Assembly: GCA_038106355.1 (NCBI GenBank)
Contig: JAYODQ010000003.1
Coordinates: 2,534 to 66,533 of the forward strand
DNA from: Candidatus Poseidoniales archaeon
Lineage (GTDB): Archaea > Thermoplasmatota > Poseidoniia > Poseidoniales > Poseidoniaceae
DNA: 64,000 nucleotides
Direction of reading: 5' to 3'
In this document: positions 9,032-18,515 of the stretch, piece by piece
Position numbering within the stretch: position 1 is the first letter of the stretch
Layout of the letters: each line of letters starts with the position of its first letter
Program-made: the position numbers and the translations under genes
Notes under the pieces: model-generated
Databases searched by the model: none
The model's input: only the letters and a program-made list of their open reading frames with translations
What the model was told of the DNA's origin: nothing

Positions 9032-10618
9032 AACCGATTTATGACTCTGCAAATTGATGACTGTGAGCATACAAGGCTTCGGTTGGAAACCGAGCATCCG
9101 CTGATACGATGTTTGGTCCTGCCAAGTGCTTGAACACACCAATGTCGTACCTCGAAAATCGACGCAGGCATGTCCATGTACGTGTCCGGTCACGAAAATA
9201 TCAGGGACGGTCTGTATCACGAGTCCATCTTCTGGTTCGGGGGAGAGTGGAGTTTTTCCACCCCATTGGGGAGCTAGATGTCGTCTTCGTAACATCTCAC
9301 GCATTGCTTCAACGGGGTCGCTGTAGGTGACTGTGCGTAATCCAGCAACGAAATCGTCGATTGATTTACCATGGTACGAAAGGAGTCGTACACCGTGAAG
9401 GGAAAAATCACATGGGTTTCCAACAAATGTTGTTGAATTGTAATCGAGTTGAATGTCTTTCTCAAACGTAGGTTGTGGTTCTGCAGGACGTACTGCATCG
9501 TGGTTTCCTGGGAGCATGACACATTCAACCCAATCAGGCAAGAGCGAAAGAAGTCGTGCAAATTCAGAATATTGCTTGAACAAATCTGTAATTGAAAGTT
9601 CTCTGTCTTGATCAGGATAAATCCCTACACCATCGACACAATCGCCTGATAAAATGAGGTATTTGATGGTCTTTGCAAGCGGGTCTGAATGGAACCACCT
9701 TACCATTTTATGCCATTGGCCTTCGAGAAATGTTTTCGAACCAACGTGGATATCCGAAAGAAATGCAACACTCACGCCAACCTCTGCTGACTTCTTTTTA
9801 TGCTGGTGTTCGAGAGGGAAATGAAGGTCGTTGACATAAAAGATGTCTCCTGATTGGCTAAAAGTACCTGAAACCCCAAGAACATCATCTGGCATAAGAC
9901 CCGCTTCTAAGACCGCCTCTTGTTCTCTGTCTCTGTCATCCCCTGTTCGCTTGGTCAACAAGCATGGTAATTCCCCTGTTTCATCTTCAATGCTAAACAA
10001 CAGATGACCATTTTTTGTGTATCTTGGTTCATTGACCAGTCCAATGGCTACGGCGATGTTTTCGTATCCTTGATATCTGTAGGTTTCTTGAAGAAGTTTT
10101 GAAATCTCTTGCGATTTTCGTGGCAGGTTTGAATTTGCTTCAATCATTTTCCGAATTCTTGTCAAACGATCGTTAAAACATGCCGCAATATCACTCATTT
10201 TACCCTCGGTCAGTGATTGTCCTGTGATATCATAATGTATGGTGACATCAGTTTCAACATCACTCGCAAGTGTTGGGAAATCTCCTTGATTCCAATCGGG
10301 AAGATTATTTCGAAATTCTACATCAAGTGGTTCAGGTTCGTGAAGTGGTGCAATGGTTCGTGCGAGGTCTTTTGGCTGAGATTTGAGGAGAGGTGGTTCG
10401 ATGGTTGGAGCCTCTCGACTTGATGGCATTGTAGAGTTTGATTGAATAACTTGAATATCGGCAACCGTCAAGAGCCCTGTGCCAAGTTCATGTTGAAGCA
10501 GTCGTTGAACAAACTTCAACGGATACTCCTGCTCAAGAATGAATGCTCTTGCATCTCTGGTTGCAGCGAGTGACCGACTTCGCAAAAGTGCGAAAATTTC
10601 CGGCCACTGGTCACCCAT
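9014..10618 (-). CDS. polB: DNA polymerase II (PolD) small subunit DP1.
   Basis: Calcineurin-like phosphoesterase motifs occur in PolD-DP1 order: FLSDIHVGS, LSGDCVDGVGIYP, LPGNHD, GHVHGH. Start is set at ATG 10618 (MGDQWPEIF...) because the longer listed ORF would overlap the upstream gene, which ends at 10671. Confidence 0.85.
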   Translation of the reverse strand: MGDQWPEIFALLRSRSLAATRDARAFILEQEYPLKFVQRLLQHELGTGLLTVADIQVIQSNSTMPSSREAPTIEPPLLKSQPKDLARTIAPLHEPEPLDVEFRNNLPDWNQGDFPTLASDVETDVTIHYDITGQSLTEGKMSDIAACFNDRLTRIRKMIEANSNLPRKSQEISKLLQETYRYQGYENIAVAIGLVNEPRYTKNGHLLFSIEDETGELPCLLTKRTGDDRDREQEAVLEAGLMPDDVLGVSGTFSQSGDIFYVNDLHFPLEHQHKKKSAEVGVSVAFLSDIHVGSKTFLEGQWHKMVRWFHSDPLAKTIKYLILSGDCVDGVGIYPDQDRELSITDLFKQYSEFARLLSLLPDWVECVMLPGNHDAVRPAEPQPTFEKDIQLDYNSTTFVGNPCDFSLHGVRLLSYHGKSIDDFVAGLRTVTYSDPVEAMREMLRRRHLAPQWGGKTPLSPEPEDGLVIQTVPDIFVTGHVHGHACVDFRGTTLVCSSTWQDQTSYQRMLGFQPKPCMLTVINLQSHKSVSIPFA

Positions 10619-10670
10619 GTGTTGAGTTGAAGGTTCACACTCTAAAAACGAAATGATGGAGAAGGTTGTG

Positions 10671-11363
10671 TCACTCTTCGCTGTCCTTCCATGTGATTTC
10701 TGCTGCGATATCAGATTGTTTTTTGCCCTGCACACTCCATGCTTCATCCTGCCAAGGTGCGGATTCTCTTGCAGCTTGTTCACGAGCCAAACGCTGTTGT
10801 TCAAACTGGATGGCTTGTTGCTTCAGTTCTTCTTCTTTCTTGATTGCAGCCTCTTTTGCCTTCTTTGCGTTTTCCATCGCTTGGTCAAAGTGTTCAATCG
10901 CTTTGAGTAAGGCAAAATAAACGAACCCCTCTTTGTTTTCTGAACGAGTTCCTCCAATTTGTGTATGTTCAGCATTTGTCCAAGAGTGTGATGCAATACC
11001 TACATAGACGCTACCGACTTGTTTTGCAGTCAAATCTGCGGTTGGCCCTGCAATACCCGTGATGGAAATGGCGTAATCAGCGTGGGCACGCTCCAGAGCA
11101 CCTTTGGCCATTTCAATTGCGACGTGGGCTGAAACCGCTCCATGCTTTGCAAGTGTTGCTTCTTGAACGCCAAGTTCCTTCATTTTAGCATCGTTTGCGT
11201 ATGTGATCCATGATTGGTTAAACCACTCACTTGAACCAGCGATGTCGGTCAGTGTGCTCGCAAGGAGCCCGCCAGTGCATGACTCTGCGAGGGTGATGGT
11301 ATGACCCCCTGCTTTCAACCGACGAGCGAGTCGGGCTGCAGTCCCATGGACATCAGCATCCAT
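10671..11363 (-). CDS. CinA C-terminal domain / PncC-like nicotinamide-nucleotide amidohydrolase with a ~70 aa K/E-rich coiled-coil and Trp-containing C-terminal extension.
   Basis: ITLAESCTGGLLASTLTDIAGSSEWF...GAVSAHVAIEMAKGA...AISITGIAGP is the CinA/PncC signature. The extension is AKKAKEAAIKKEEELKQQAIQFEQQRLAREQAARESAPWQDEAWSVQ...ITWKDSEE. Confidence 0.8.
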   Translation of the reverse strand: MDADVHGTAARLARRLKAGGHTITLAESCTGGLLASTLTDIAGSSEWFNQSWITYANDAKMKELGVQEATLAKHGAVSAHVAIEMAKGALERAHADYAISITGIAGPTADLTAKQVGSVYVGIASHSWTNAEHTQIGGTRSENKEGFVYFALLKAIEHFDQAMENAKKAKEAAIKKEEELKQQAIQFEQQRLAREQAARESAPWQDEAWSVQGKKQSDIAAEITWKDSEE

Positions 11364-11442
11364 GTGTCGTCGTGTAAAAGGTATGTTTTGAGGTTATTGG
11401 AGGGAACGCATTCTTGAAAAAGGCGAGCCTTCAGCAAGGCAT

Positions 11443-11516
11443 GGGTCTGTGGTCTAGGGGTTTATGACGTCGCCCTTACAAGGCGAAGATCGAGGGTTCA
11501 ATTCCCTCCGGACCCA
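11443..11516 (+). tRNA. tRNA-Val (anticodon UAC), 74 nt, no intron, CCA not encoded.
   Basis: Manual cloverleaf: acceptor GGGTCTG/CGGACCC (one G-U pair), anticodon stem TCGCC/GGCGA with loop CTTACAA, T-arm GAGGG-TTCAATT-CCCTC, discriminator A. Confidence 0.9.
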
Positions 11517-11519
11517 TCC

Positions 11520-11825
11520 TTACCAGAGTTCCCCAAGGAGGTCAATTTCATCGCCTTGGAGGACGACTGAGATGCTCGTTTTGCTTCGAATGCGTTCGAT
11601 TGATTCCGATGTGTCAAGAATACAAAGATGAGTTGCTCGTTCCCATAATCCTTGTTCAAACGTATGGCCTCGAAGATCTACAGCAACGAGAATATCCTCG
11701 AGTTCTGAAAACATGAGTGCAGACGTTGCTCTCTTGAGGTCGCTTCCTTGAATGATAAGCCATCGATGACCAAGGAGAGAGGCTCGAACATCCTCTTTTA
11801 GATTCTCAAAGTGAATGTACATCAT
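11520..11825 (-). CDS. Hypothetical small protein (101 aa), 8 nt downstream of Pelota.
   Basis: ORF starts MMYIHFENLKEDV at ATG 11825. It is tightly linked to the upstream gene. No motif recognised. Confidence 0.5.
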   Translation of the reverse strand: MMYIHFENLKEDVRASLLGHRWLIIQGSDLKRATSALMFSELEDILVAVDLRGHTFEQGLWERATHLCILDTSESIERIRSKTSISVVLQGDEIDLLGELW

Positions 11826-11833
11826 ATGAACAC

Positions 11834-12892
11834 CTAAAAACGAAGGAGAGCAGCAACACCGCCGAATCCTAACAATTGTTGCCCAGCATCGTGGTCTGCG
11901 GAACATTGAACAATTTGAGCACCGATGTCGTTGAGTTGTTCAGCCCAGACGAACCAAGAGGTTCCAAAGGAGCGAACTTGAGGGTCGCGTAATGTATCAG
12001 CGATAATGAGCAATGTTTCAATCGCCCCTCTTTGCAATGCATCATCCAATTCTTGTTCTCCAATAGCGATGAGGTTGTTGGTCGCCATACGAGTCCACGC
12101 CTCTTCAAGCAAGAGAATTTCTTTGCTCATCTGGTGTTCTGAAAGGATGCTTCCCGCTAAGCCTTGGCTTAACACCTCGTTGGCAGCCCCTCTGCCTCCC
12201 ATGCTCGTCCCAACTGATTTGACGGTGCGTAGCCCAGAATGTTTGGAAAACAATTTCGCCACATCATCACGAAAATGTCCAGGTCCACATAGGATAAGAG
12301 GCATGGAATCGTCGATTTGTTCAAGAATTTTCTCAACCACATTGGCTTGAAATTGGGATAGAATTGAGCCTGATTCCTTTGATGCAATCCGTTTCCCTCC
12401 ACCGCGCATGGTCCATTGTGCACTTTCTCGTAACCCCCGATTGGTCACAAAATACAGAATGATTTCATCCTGTTCAACGACGAGCAATCCGACTTGGGGG
12501 GTATTCGATGCGTGAATTGCGTTTGTGATTAGTTCTTCATCAAGTTTTGAAAAGCCATGTTCACTTGTCAATGTGATATCGTCTCCTTTTGTGACAAGAT
12601 GTGTGTGGTGTGAACCAATATCGATTGGAGCTTGTCGAATGATACCATGAACTCGAAGTGAATCGGAAAACGACAGATGCTCCACATATTCAATGCTGAG
12701 GGAAATCATCATTTTTTTGCGTTCTGCCTCTTTTGCTCGTTCACCCTCTGCTCCACCTGTAGTTTGGTCGCGTCGTTCACCGAGCATCGTGAACAACAAG
12801 CCTTTGGAGCATAAGCGTGCGAGTACCCATAAATCGTCATCAGAATCGATGTGGATGTTCCACACATTCTCTTCTTTACGATGCAATCTCAT
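11834..12892 (-). CDS. pelA: Pelota (Dom34) ribosome-rescue factor.
   Basis: The N-terminus is MRLHRKEENVWNIHIDSDDDLWVLARL, there is an LILCGPGHFRDD central domain, and the C-terminus is eRF1-like (GFGGVAALLRF). It is collinear with archaeal Pelota as I recall it. ATG 12892 lies 4 nt after the fhs stop. Confidence 0.85.
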   Translation of the reverse strand: MRLHRKEENVWNIHIDSDDDLWVLARLCSKGLLFTMLGERRDQTTGGAEGERAKEAERKKMMISLSIEYVEHLSFSDSLRVHGIIRQAPIDIGSHHTHLVTKGDDITLTSEHGFSKLDEELITNAIHASNTPQVGLLVVEQDEIILYFVTNRGLRESAQWTMRGGGKRIASKESGSILSQFQANVVEKILEQIDDSMPLILCGPGHFRDDVAKLFSKHSGLRTVKSVGTSMGGRGAANEVLSQGLAGSILSEHQMSKEILLLEEAWTRMATNNLIAIGEQELDDALQRGAIETLLIIADTLRDPQVRSFGTSWFVWAEQLNDIGAQIVQCSADHDAGQQLLGFGGVAALLRF

Positions 12893-12896
12893 CCAT

Positions 12897-14612
12897 TCAC
12901 CCAAAGACGCCGGTCAAATTACCGTCTTCGTCCATGTCCATGTTGTTTGCTGCTGGGATTTTTGGCAGGCCAGGCATCGTCATCATGTCCCCTAGGATGG
13001 CGACAATGAAGCCAGCCCCAGCGTTGAGTCTGAATTCCTTGACAGGAAGTGTGAAGCCAGTTGGAGCACCGAGAAGTGTAGCATCATGAGAAAACGAATA
13101 TTGGGTCTTTGCCATGCAAATAGGGAGGTGTCCATAGCCCCACGCTGTGATTTGTTCAGCCATCTTTTGTGCTTGTGGTTCAATGTCGACGGTGCCTGCA
13201 TGATACATTCTTTTCGCAATGTGCTCCACTTTTTCGGTAAAATGTGTTTCAGGCGAAAAAAGAGGAATGAAATTTCGCCCATCTGCTACATGTTCCTGAA
13301 TCGATTTGACCACGGCTTTTGCAAGTGCTTCGCCACCTTTTCCACCGTGAGCAAAGACCTCTGTGACGCAGATCTTTCTTGCACCACTCGCCGTAGCACA
13401 CTCTGTGATGGTCTTGATTTCGGCATCTGTATCGGATGCGAATTTGTTGATGGAGACAACGACTGGTACTCCAAATGCAACCATGTTTCGAATATGGCGG
13501 TCAAGATTTGATTGAGCCCCTTTGCGAACAGCGTCGATATCTTCGGCCTCCAAAACCTCTTTTGGTGGCCGAACACCTCCTTTCGAGCCAAAAGCACCAC
13601 CGTGAAGTTTCATTGAGCGTACGGTGACGTTCATCACGATGCAATCAGGTCGTTTTCCAGAGTAATGTGATTTGATGTGCATGAATTTTTCAGCACCCAT
13701 ATCAGAACCAAATCCGGCTTCCGTGACCACAATATCACAACAAGATAAAGCCACTTTATCGGCAACAATACTCGAATTTCCATGAGCAATGTTCGCAAAT
13801 GGGCCACCATGGATGAAGGCAGCCCCTCCTTCGAGTGTTTGTGCGAGATTTGGAAGAAATGCTTGACGTAATAACAGTGCCATCGCTCCTGCAGCGCCGA
13901 TATGTTTGGCTTTCACGGGATGTCCTTCGATGGATGAACCGATGACGATTTCTCCGAGTCGATGTCGAAGGTCTTTGTAATCCGATGCAAGCACCAAAAT
14001 AGCCATGATTTCACTTGCTGCGGTGATGTCAAAACGTTCAGACCTCGGTATGCCATTGGCGTTGCCTCCGAGGCCGATCACACAATCACGAAGTGCTCTA
14101 TCGTTCATATCAATGACACGCGGCCATGAAATTTTGGTCAAATCGATTTTGCACTCGTTTCCGTGTTTGATGTGGTTATCGACAAGTGCCGAAAGCAGGT
14201 TGTGTGCAGATGTAACTGCATGAAGGTCACCAGTCATGTGAAGATTGATTTCCTCCATTGGGAGAACTTGGGAATAACCGCCACCTGCAGCACCACCTTT
14301 GATGCCAAAGACAGGTCCCATCGAGGGTTCTCGGACGACACATGTCGCATTTTTCCCGATGGCACAAAGGGCTTGAGTGAGCCCGATGGTCGTGACCGTC
14401 TTTCCTTCGCCAAAGGGTGTTGGATTGACGGATGTGACGAGGACTAAATTGCCTTGTGCGTTGTTCAATCTTTTTTTGACACCGTTCCAACTTATCTTCG
14501 CAAGCCCTTGACCGTAAAGCATTAATTCATGTGCTGGAATTCCAATTTTCCAAGCAATGGCTTCGATAGGCTCCATGCTTGCATGACGAGCAATTTCCAA
14601 ATCAGACTTCAT
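12897..14612 (-). CDS. fhs: Formate--tetrahydrofolate ligase.
   Basis: MKSDLEIA..., TPFGEGKTVTTIGL P-loop, and full-length (571 aa) collinearity with FTHFS. Confidence 0.9.
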   Translation of the reverse strand: MKSDLEIARHASMEPIEAIAWKIGIPAHELMLYGQGLAKISWNGVKKRLNNAQGNLVLVTSVNPTPFGEGKTVTTIGLTQALCAIGKNATCVVREPSMGPVFGIKGGAAGGGYSQVLPMEEINLHMTGDLHAVTSAHNLLSALVDNHIKHGNECKIDLTKISWPRVIDMNDRALRDCVIGLGGNANGIPRSERFDITAASEIMAILVLASDYKDLRHRLGEIVIGSSIEGHPVKAKHIGAAGAMALLLRQAFLPNLAQTLEGGAAFIHGGPFANIAHGNSSIVADKVALSCCDIVVTEAGFGSDMGAEKFMHIKSHYSGKRPDCIVMNVTVRSMKLHGGAFGSKGGVRPPKEVLEAEDIDAVRKGAQSNLDRHIRNMVAFGVPVVVSINKFASDTDAEIKTITECATASGARKICVTEVFAHGGKGGEALAKAVVKSIQEHVADGRNFIPLFSPETHFTEKVEHIAKRMYHAGTVDIEPQAQKMAEQITAWGYGHLPICMAKTQYSFSHDATLLGAPTGFTLPVKEFRLNAGAGFIVAILGDMMTMPGLPKIPAANNMDMDEDGNLTGVFG

Positions 14613-14701
14613 TAGAGATTGTTTCGACTTCGTTTAGGCTTTCAACCCTCGCCTAAAATCATCGATTTTGGCAGGATTTTGTTGCTTGTCTTACGAAGCC
14701 A

Positions 14702-16087
14702 TCAATCGTCTTTCATGCTTCCAAGATAGTCCGGTAGGTCGACACCAGCCATCTTTGCAACATCATGAACCGGGGGGAGGCTCTTGATGAGCGATGAGAC
14801 AAAGTTTGCAGTGGAGCCATTTTCAGATTGTCCTGAATCCCAAACGGTAATCTTGTCAATCTTCAAGTTCGCAATGGCTTCAGTTTGTCGTGCAACCAAT
14901 TCTTCAATCTTCTCGACCATCAGCAAGGTTGCTGCAGCCTTTGGATCGCCTCCAGCACTCTTGATAAGTTGAGCATAACCAGATGCCTTTGCCTCGAGAA
15001 CAGCCTTTTGCCCCTCTGCTTCTGCATTGTAGGCTGCAAGAATTGCGTCGGCTTGACCACGTGCAATTCTACGTTGTCGCTCGGCTTCAGCTTCAGCTGC
15101 AATTTCGATTTGTTGTTTTGAAATCTCTTCACGTGCGATTTCTTCAGCACGGAGACGCTGCCCTTCGAGTTCGTATTGAGCCTTCTCAATTTCAACGTCT
15201 GCCATTCTGCGAGCCACTTCAGTTCGTCGCTTGGCTTCGGCTTCTTTTTCTGCAAGTTCTGCATTGTAAGATGCGATTTCTGCTTGCGATTCATTTTCAC
15301 CCTTGACCGCTTCTGCTTCTTGCTGGTTGACATAGACACGACGGTCAGTATCAGCTTGCTTCTGACCCTTGTCTGAAGCAGCTCGGTTGGTAGCGACAGC
15401 AACTTCTCTGTCTTTGTCGGCTTCTGCTTGACCTGTTTCACCACGTCGTAGAGCTTCAGCACGTGCGATGTTGGCTTCTGCAATGGCTTCTGCAGCGGCC
15501 TTTGCTCCGAGCGATTTGATGAAGTCTGCCTCGTCGGTGATGTCGGTGATGTTCACGTTGATGAGGTAAAGCCCGATCTTGTGCAATTCAGTGTCGACGT
15601 TTTCAGAAACTCGACTCAAGAACGCTTCTCGGTCGCTATTGATTTCTTGAATGGAGAGCGAGGCAACCGTTAATCGAAGTTGTCCAAAGATGATTTCCTC
15701 TGCCATTTTTTCCATTTGTTGGGGTTGGTTGGTAAAACTGAGCAATCTCTCCGCAGCGTTCTGCATGATGGATGGCTCAGTTGAGATACCGATGGTAAAC
15801 GATGAAGGTACGTTGATACGAATATTTTCCTTGGACAGGGCATGCTTCAGGTCGATAGCAATGGTCATGGGTTGGAGATTAAGCCATCCAAAATTTTGAA
15901 TGAGCGGCCATACAATTCGGCCACCGCCGTGGTAACACGCTGCGGCTGTCTTACCTTTGACTCGTCCGTAGACGACCAGAATTTTATCTGATGGTGCAAC
16001 TTTATATCTCGACACAGCAACATAAATTGTTGCAAGCAAGACGATGACAAATAATCCCATTCCAATTAATATTAATTCTCCAGCCAT
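14702..16087 (-). CDS. Flotillin-like SPFH/band-7 protein.
   Basis: N-terminal TM, then an SPFH domain, then a long A/E/K/R-rich coiled coil typical of flotillin/YqiK. ATG 16087 lies 1 nt after the NfeD stop. Confidence 0.85.
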   Translation of the reverse strand: MAGELILIGMGLFVIVLLATIYVAVSRYKVAPSDKILVVYGRVKGKTAAACYHGGGRIVWPLIQNFGWLNLQPMTIAIDLKHALSKENIRINVPSSFTIGISTEPSIMQNAAERLLSFTNQPQQMEKMAEEIIFGQLRLTVASLSIQEINSDREAFLSRVSENVDTELHKIGLYLINVNITDITDEADFIKSLGAKAAAEAIAEANIARAEALRRGETGQAEADKDREVAVATNRAASDKGQKQADTDRRVYVNQQEAEAVKGENESQAEIASYNAELAEKEAEAKRRTEVARRMADVEIEKAQYELEGQRLRAEEIAREEISKQQIEIAAEAEAERQRRIARGQADAILAAYNAEAEGQKAVLEAKASGYAQLIKSAGGDPKAAATLLMVEKIEELVARQTEAIANLKIDKITVWDSGQSENGSTANFVSSLIKSLPPVHDVAKMAGVDLPDYLGSMKDD

Positions 16088-16088
16088 G

Positions 16089-16718
16089 TTATTCACTTTC
16101 CATTATTTTGTTTTTGTTTTCTACTGTTGTTACGATGAGTAAATCGCCGATGGTATCAACGACTTGAATGAGCGTTCCAGTTTCGATTTCAACAGTATCG
16201 TCTTCTGCACGAGCCGTCATGGTTCGAAGGGCCCCTTGGAATTCGACCTGGACTTGACCATCTTTACCTTGTGGTATTTTGAGGTACACTCTACCTTTTG
16301 AACCAACAGCGTTTGAATGAACCACATTTCCATCGGATTCAAGTCCACGCATGACATCAAACACTTTTCCAATGACATACATGGAAGTTAAACCCGCAAT
16401 GGTTCCAACAAAAATAGCAACCACTGCATTATCGACTTGGTCGCTTGTACTGACGGCAAGACCAAATATACCGAACATCATGATGAAACTGAGTAAGCCT
16501 TGCAATGTAAGCATGTGGAAAAATCCAGTTGCATCGAGGTCAAAATCTATGCCAAACATGCCTTCAATGGCACCGTCTGCAGCACCTGTGATGACAACGA
16601 GGAGAAAATAGATGAGAAATAAGGCTGTTCCAATGATGGCACAAGCAGCGAATAAAACATCGACACCTGTGATATCGGTGATGCCGAGAGGTTCCAAAAT
16701 AAAGTCAAAAATTCCCAT
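16089..16718 (-). CDS. NfeD-family membrane protein (flotillin partner).
   Basis: Multiple TM helices followed by a C-terminal OB-like segment GSKGRVYLKIPQGKDGQVQVEFQGALRTMTARAED. Operon position is directly upstream of flotillin. Confidence 0.7.
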   Translation of the reverse strand: MGIFDFILEPLGITDITGVDVLFAACAIIGTALFLIYFLLVVITGAADGAIEGMFGIDFDLDATGFFHMLTLQGLLSFIMMFGIFGLAVSTSDQVDNAVVAIFVGTIAGLTSMYVIGKVFDVMRGLESDGNVVHSNAVGSKGRVYLKIPQGKDGQVQVEFQGALRTMTARAEDDTVEIETGTLIQVVDTIGDLLIVTTVENKNKIMESE

Positions 16719-16723
16719 GCCGC

Positions 16724-17005
16724 TCAATCCTTCGTGTTCAATGCTTCGTTTTGAGTGTTTTGTTTTTTCTTTAGTGGTCGAATGTAGATGAAATACAGGT
16801 GGGCATACACAATGGGGCCAAGCGAGAAACCTACCAATAACGCAATGCCCCAAACTGGAAATTCAAACGCAAAGCCGATACCAAGGACTACAAATAGGGA
16901 AATAAGAATCGAAACTTTCTCAAGAACTTGCCAAAATGGACTGACATCGTCGTTGTCCGAGTCTGCTCGTGATTTGAGCAAGACAACATCGTGAAATTCA
17001 GCCAT
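16724..17005 (-). CDS. Small membrane protein (2 TM), hypothetical.
   Basis: Hydrophobic segments ILISLFVVLGIGFAF and WGIALLVGFSLGPIVYA. Stop is 5 nt from the NfeD start. Confidence 0.5.
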   Translation of the reverse strand: MAEFHDVVLLKSRADSDNDDVSPFWQVLEKVSILISLFVVLGIGFAFEFPVWGIALLVGFSLGPIVYAHLYFIYIRPLKKKQNTQNEALNTKD

Positions 17006-17015
17006 AGTAGATCAA

Positions 17016-17396
17016 TCAAAAGAAGACGTCGAACCATGTAAGTTCACTCACAAACAAGATGAAGAGAAATGAGAATACGGTCATAACAGTTGAAGATTTT
17101 CGCTCTTCTATATTGTATTCATGTGGTTGGTAGACTCCATTTTCATCTTTGATGAAATTCATGTAAGGATTTTTCAAATATCCAGATTCAAGGTCGTTTT
17201 TTTGGTCAGCTTTCACAACTTGATACCCAAGGAAGAGGACGGTGAGGATGACCGATGCCACAGCCCAACCCCACAATTCTGTGAGAGCAAGTTCAAATTT
17301 TTTCCACATCGCAAACGAGAAGTATAAACCAAGCAAATTTGTGAGGGTCAAACCAAGTCGATTTTCAGATTGGGTTGCACCTTGCCATTCTGCCAT
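17016..17396 (-). CDS. Small membrane protein (3 TM), hypothetical; first gene of the flotillin operon.
   Basis: Hydrophobic segments; stop is 10 nt from the next gene start. Confidence 0.5.
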   Translation of the reverse strand: MAEWQGATQSENRLGLTLTNLLGLYFSFAMWKKFELALTELWGWAVASVILTVLFLGYQVVKADQKNDLESGYLKNPYMNFIKDENGVYQPHEYNIEERKSSTVMTVFSFLFILFVSELTWFDVFF

Positions 17397-17508
17397 GATG
17401 GTTCATGTGAATTGGTCCTTCTTCAAAATTACGCCAGTATCGTTGCAGTTTTACGAAGCAGTGAACGGAAGGAGGTGGCTTGAAAAGGGTTTGATGTTTG
17501 GTGGTTGT

Positions 17509-18465
17509 ATGGGCTTAATTCGATATGCCGTGGCGGGTGACCCGATTGAGCAAAGCCTTTCTCCACTGTTGTTTGTCCTCGTCAGCAATCATCTGGGTCT
17601 TGAAGAGGTGAGTTCTCCAGACATCGTGCCGGCATCCACGATTGAAAACGCATTGGCATGGGGCTATGCAGGAGCCGTCCCAGTTGAAATCGAATGGTAT
17701 CACACCAGTGCCCCCCTGGGGAAATTCCGTTCAAAGACCCTCATCGAGAAGGCCATCGTGCAAGCCCAAACCATTGAGTCCGTTGACGCTTCTCTCCATG
17801 CCATTCATCCCTTCTCATCGCCTCAGCCAAAAATAGAGGGCCCCAATTTCAAACGGTTTGATTTTGAAGAGATTTGGATGAATTTAACCACGCCACTAAA
17901 ACATCAATTACAATCCATGGCTGTATCAAATCTTGATTGCTCTGACTCCATTCAATCGGTCAATGCTCTGCGTTGGGATGGACAAGGATGGTGGTGCATG
18001 AGTACTGACGGAATCGGTATGGCTGCTGTTTTGCTTCATCGGGGGGTTGGTCTCGGAAGTTGCGTCGGAATGATCGGGGGTGGTAGTGCTGCACGTTCAT
18101 TCGCTCATGCATGGACCACTTTGGGGGGCCATCTCAACTTCCTTGGGGGCCGAAGAGAAATTGAACTCGACGACGTATTATTTTCGAATGAAAAACCCAT
18201 TTGTGTGGTTGAATTTGAAGAGCATGAGCTTGTGGAATTGCCCCAACTTCGATTTAAAGCATCGTATGACCTGTCCATTGACCTTGAACGCATCATGCAA
18301 CCAGACAACCATATTTACGATGGTCGATGGTTACTCGTCGCACAACATCTTGAAGCATGGAGGACCCTTTGGGCACCCCATCTTGCTCAGCAACTTCCAT
18401 CTCTCGAAGTCTTATTGGCACGACTCATCGAATGCGAAAAAGTTCTCAGGTCCTACAAAAGATAA
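17509..18465 (+). CDS. aroE: Shikimate dehydrogenase-like protein (divergent, with an insertion in the N-terminal domain).
   Basis: Motifs appear in AroE order: YAVAGDPIEQSLSP (GxPIxHSxSP-like), NLTTPLK (NVTxPxK with the catalytic Lys), NALRWDGQGWWCMSTDGIG (NTDG-like), IGGGSAARS (dinucleotide-binding loop), DGRWLLVAQ. The start is ambiguous (ATG 17494 or 17509). The listed start at 17242 would overlap the opposite-strand gene. Confidence 0.55.
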   Translation: MGLIRYAVAGDPIEQSLSPLLFVLVSNHLGLEEVSSPDIVPASTIENALAWGYAGAVPVEIEWYHTSAPLGKFRSKTLIEKAIVQAQTIESVDASLHAIHPFSSPQPKIEGPNFKRFDFEEIWMNLTTPLKHQLQSMAVSNLDCSDSIQSVNALRWDGQGWWCMSTDGIGMAAVLLHRGVGLGSCVGMIGGGSAARSFAHAWTTLGGHLNFLGGRREIELDDVLFSNEKPICVVEFEEHELVELPQLRFKASYDLSIDLERIMQPDNHIYDGRWLLVAQHLEAWRTLWAPHLAQQLPSLEVLLARLIECEKVLRSYKR

Positions 18466-18515
18466 GAAGAACATAATATGAGGAAAGCCAGCGTACTTCA
18501 AAGGTGGAGTGAACC

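Noticed and set aside
10619-10804. N-terminal extensions of listed ORFs: the PolD DP1 extension here, plus 17242-17508, 16719-16853, 59602-59862, 55466-55576, 8306-8347, 49045-49101 and 53909-53995.
   Set aside because: The extensions overlap neighbouring genes or lack similarity to the family. Internal ATGs give N-termini that match the family or a proper signal peptide, often with 1-10 nt operon spacing.
11443-11516. The tRNA genes (this one and 24250-24377) as possible integration sites of a genomic island.
   Set aside because: I noticed no integrase, transposase or phage gene and no direct repeat of the tRNA 3' end nearby. Flanking genes are housekeeping.
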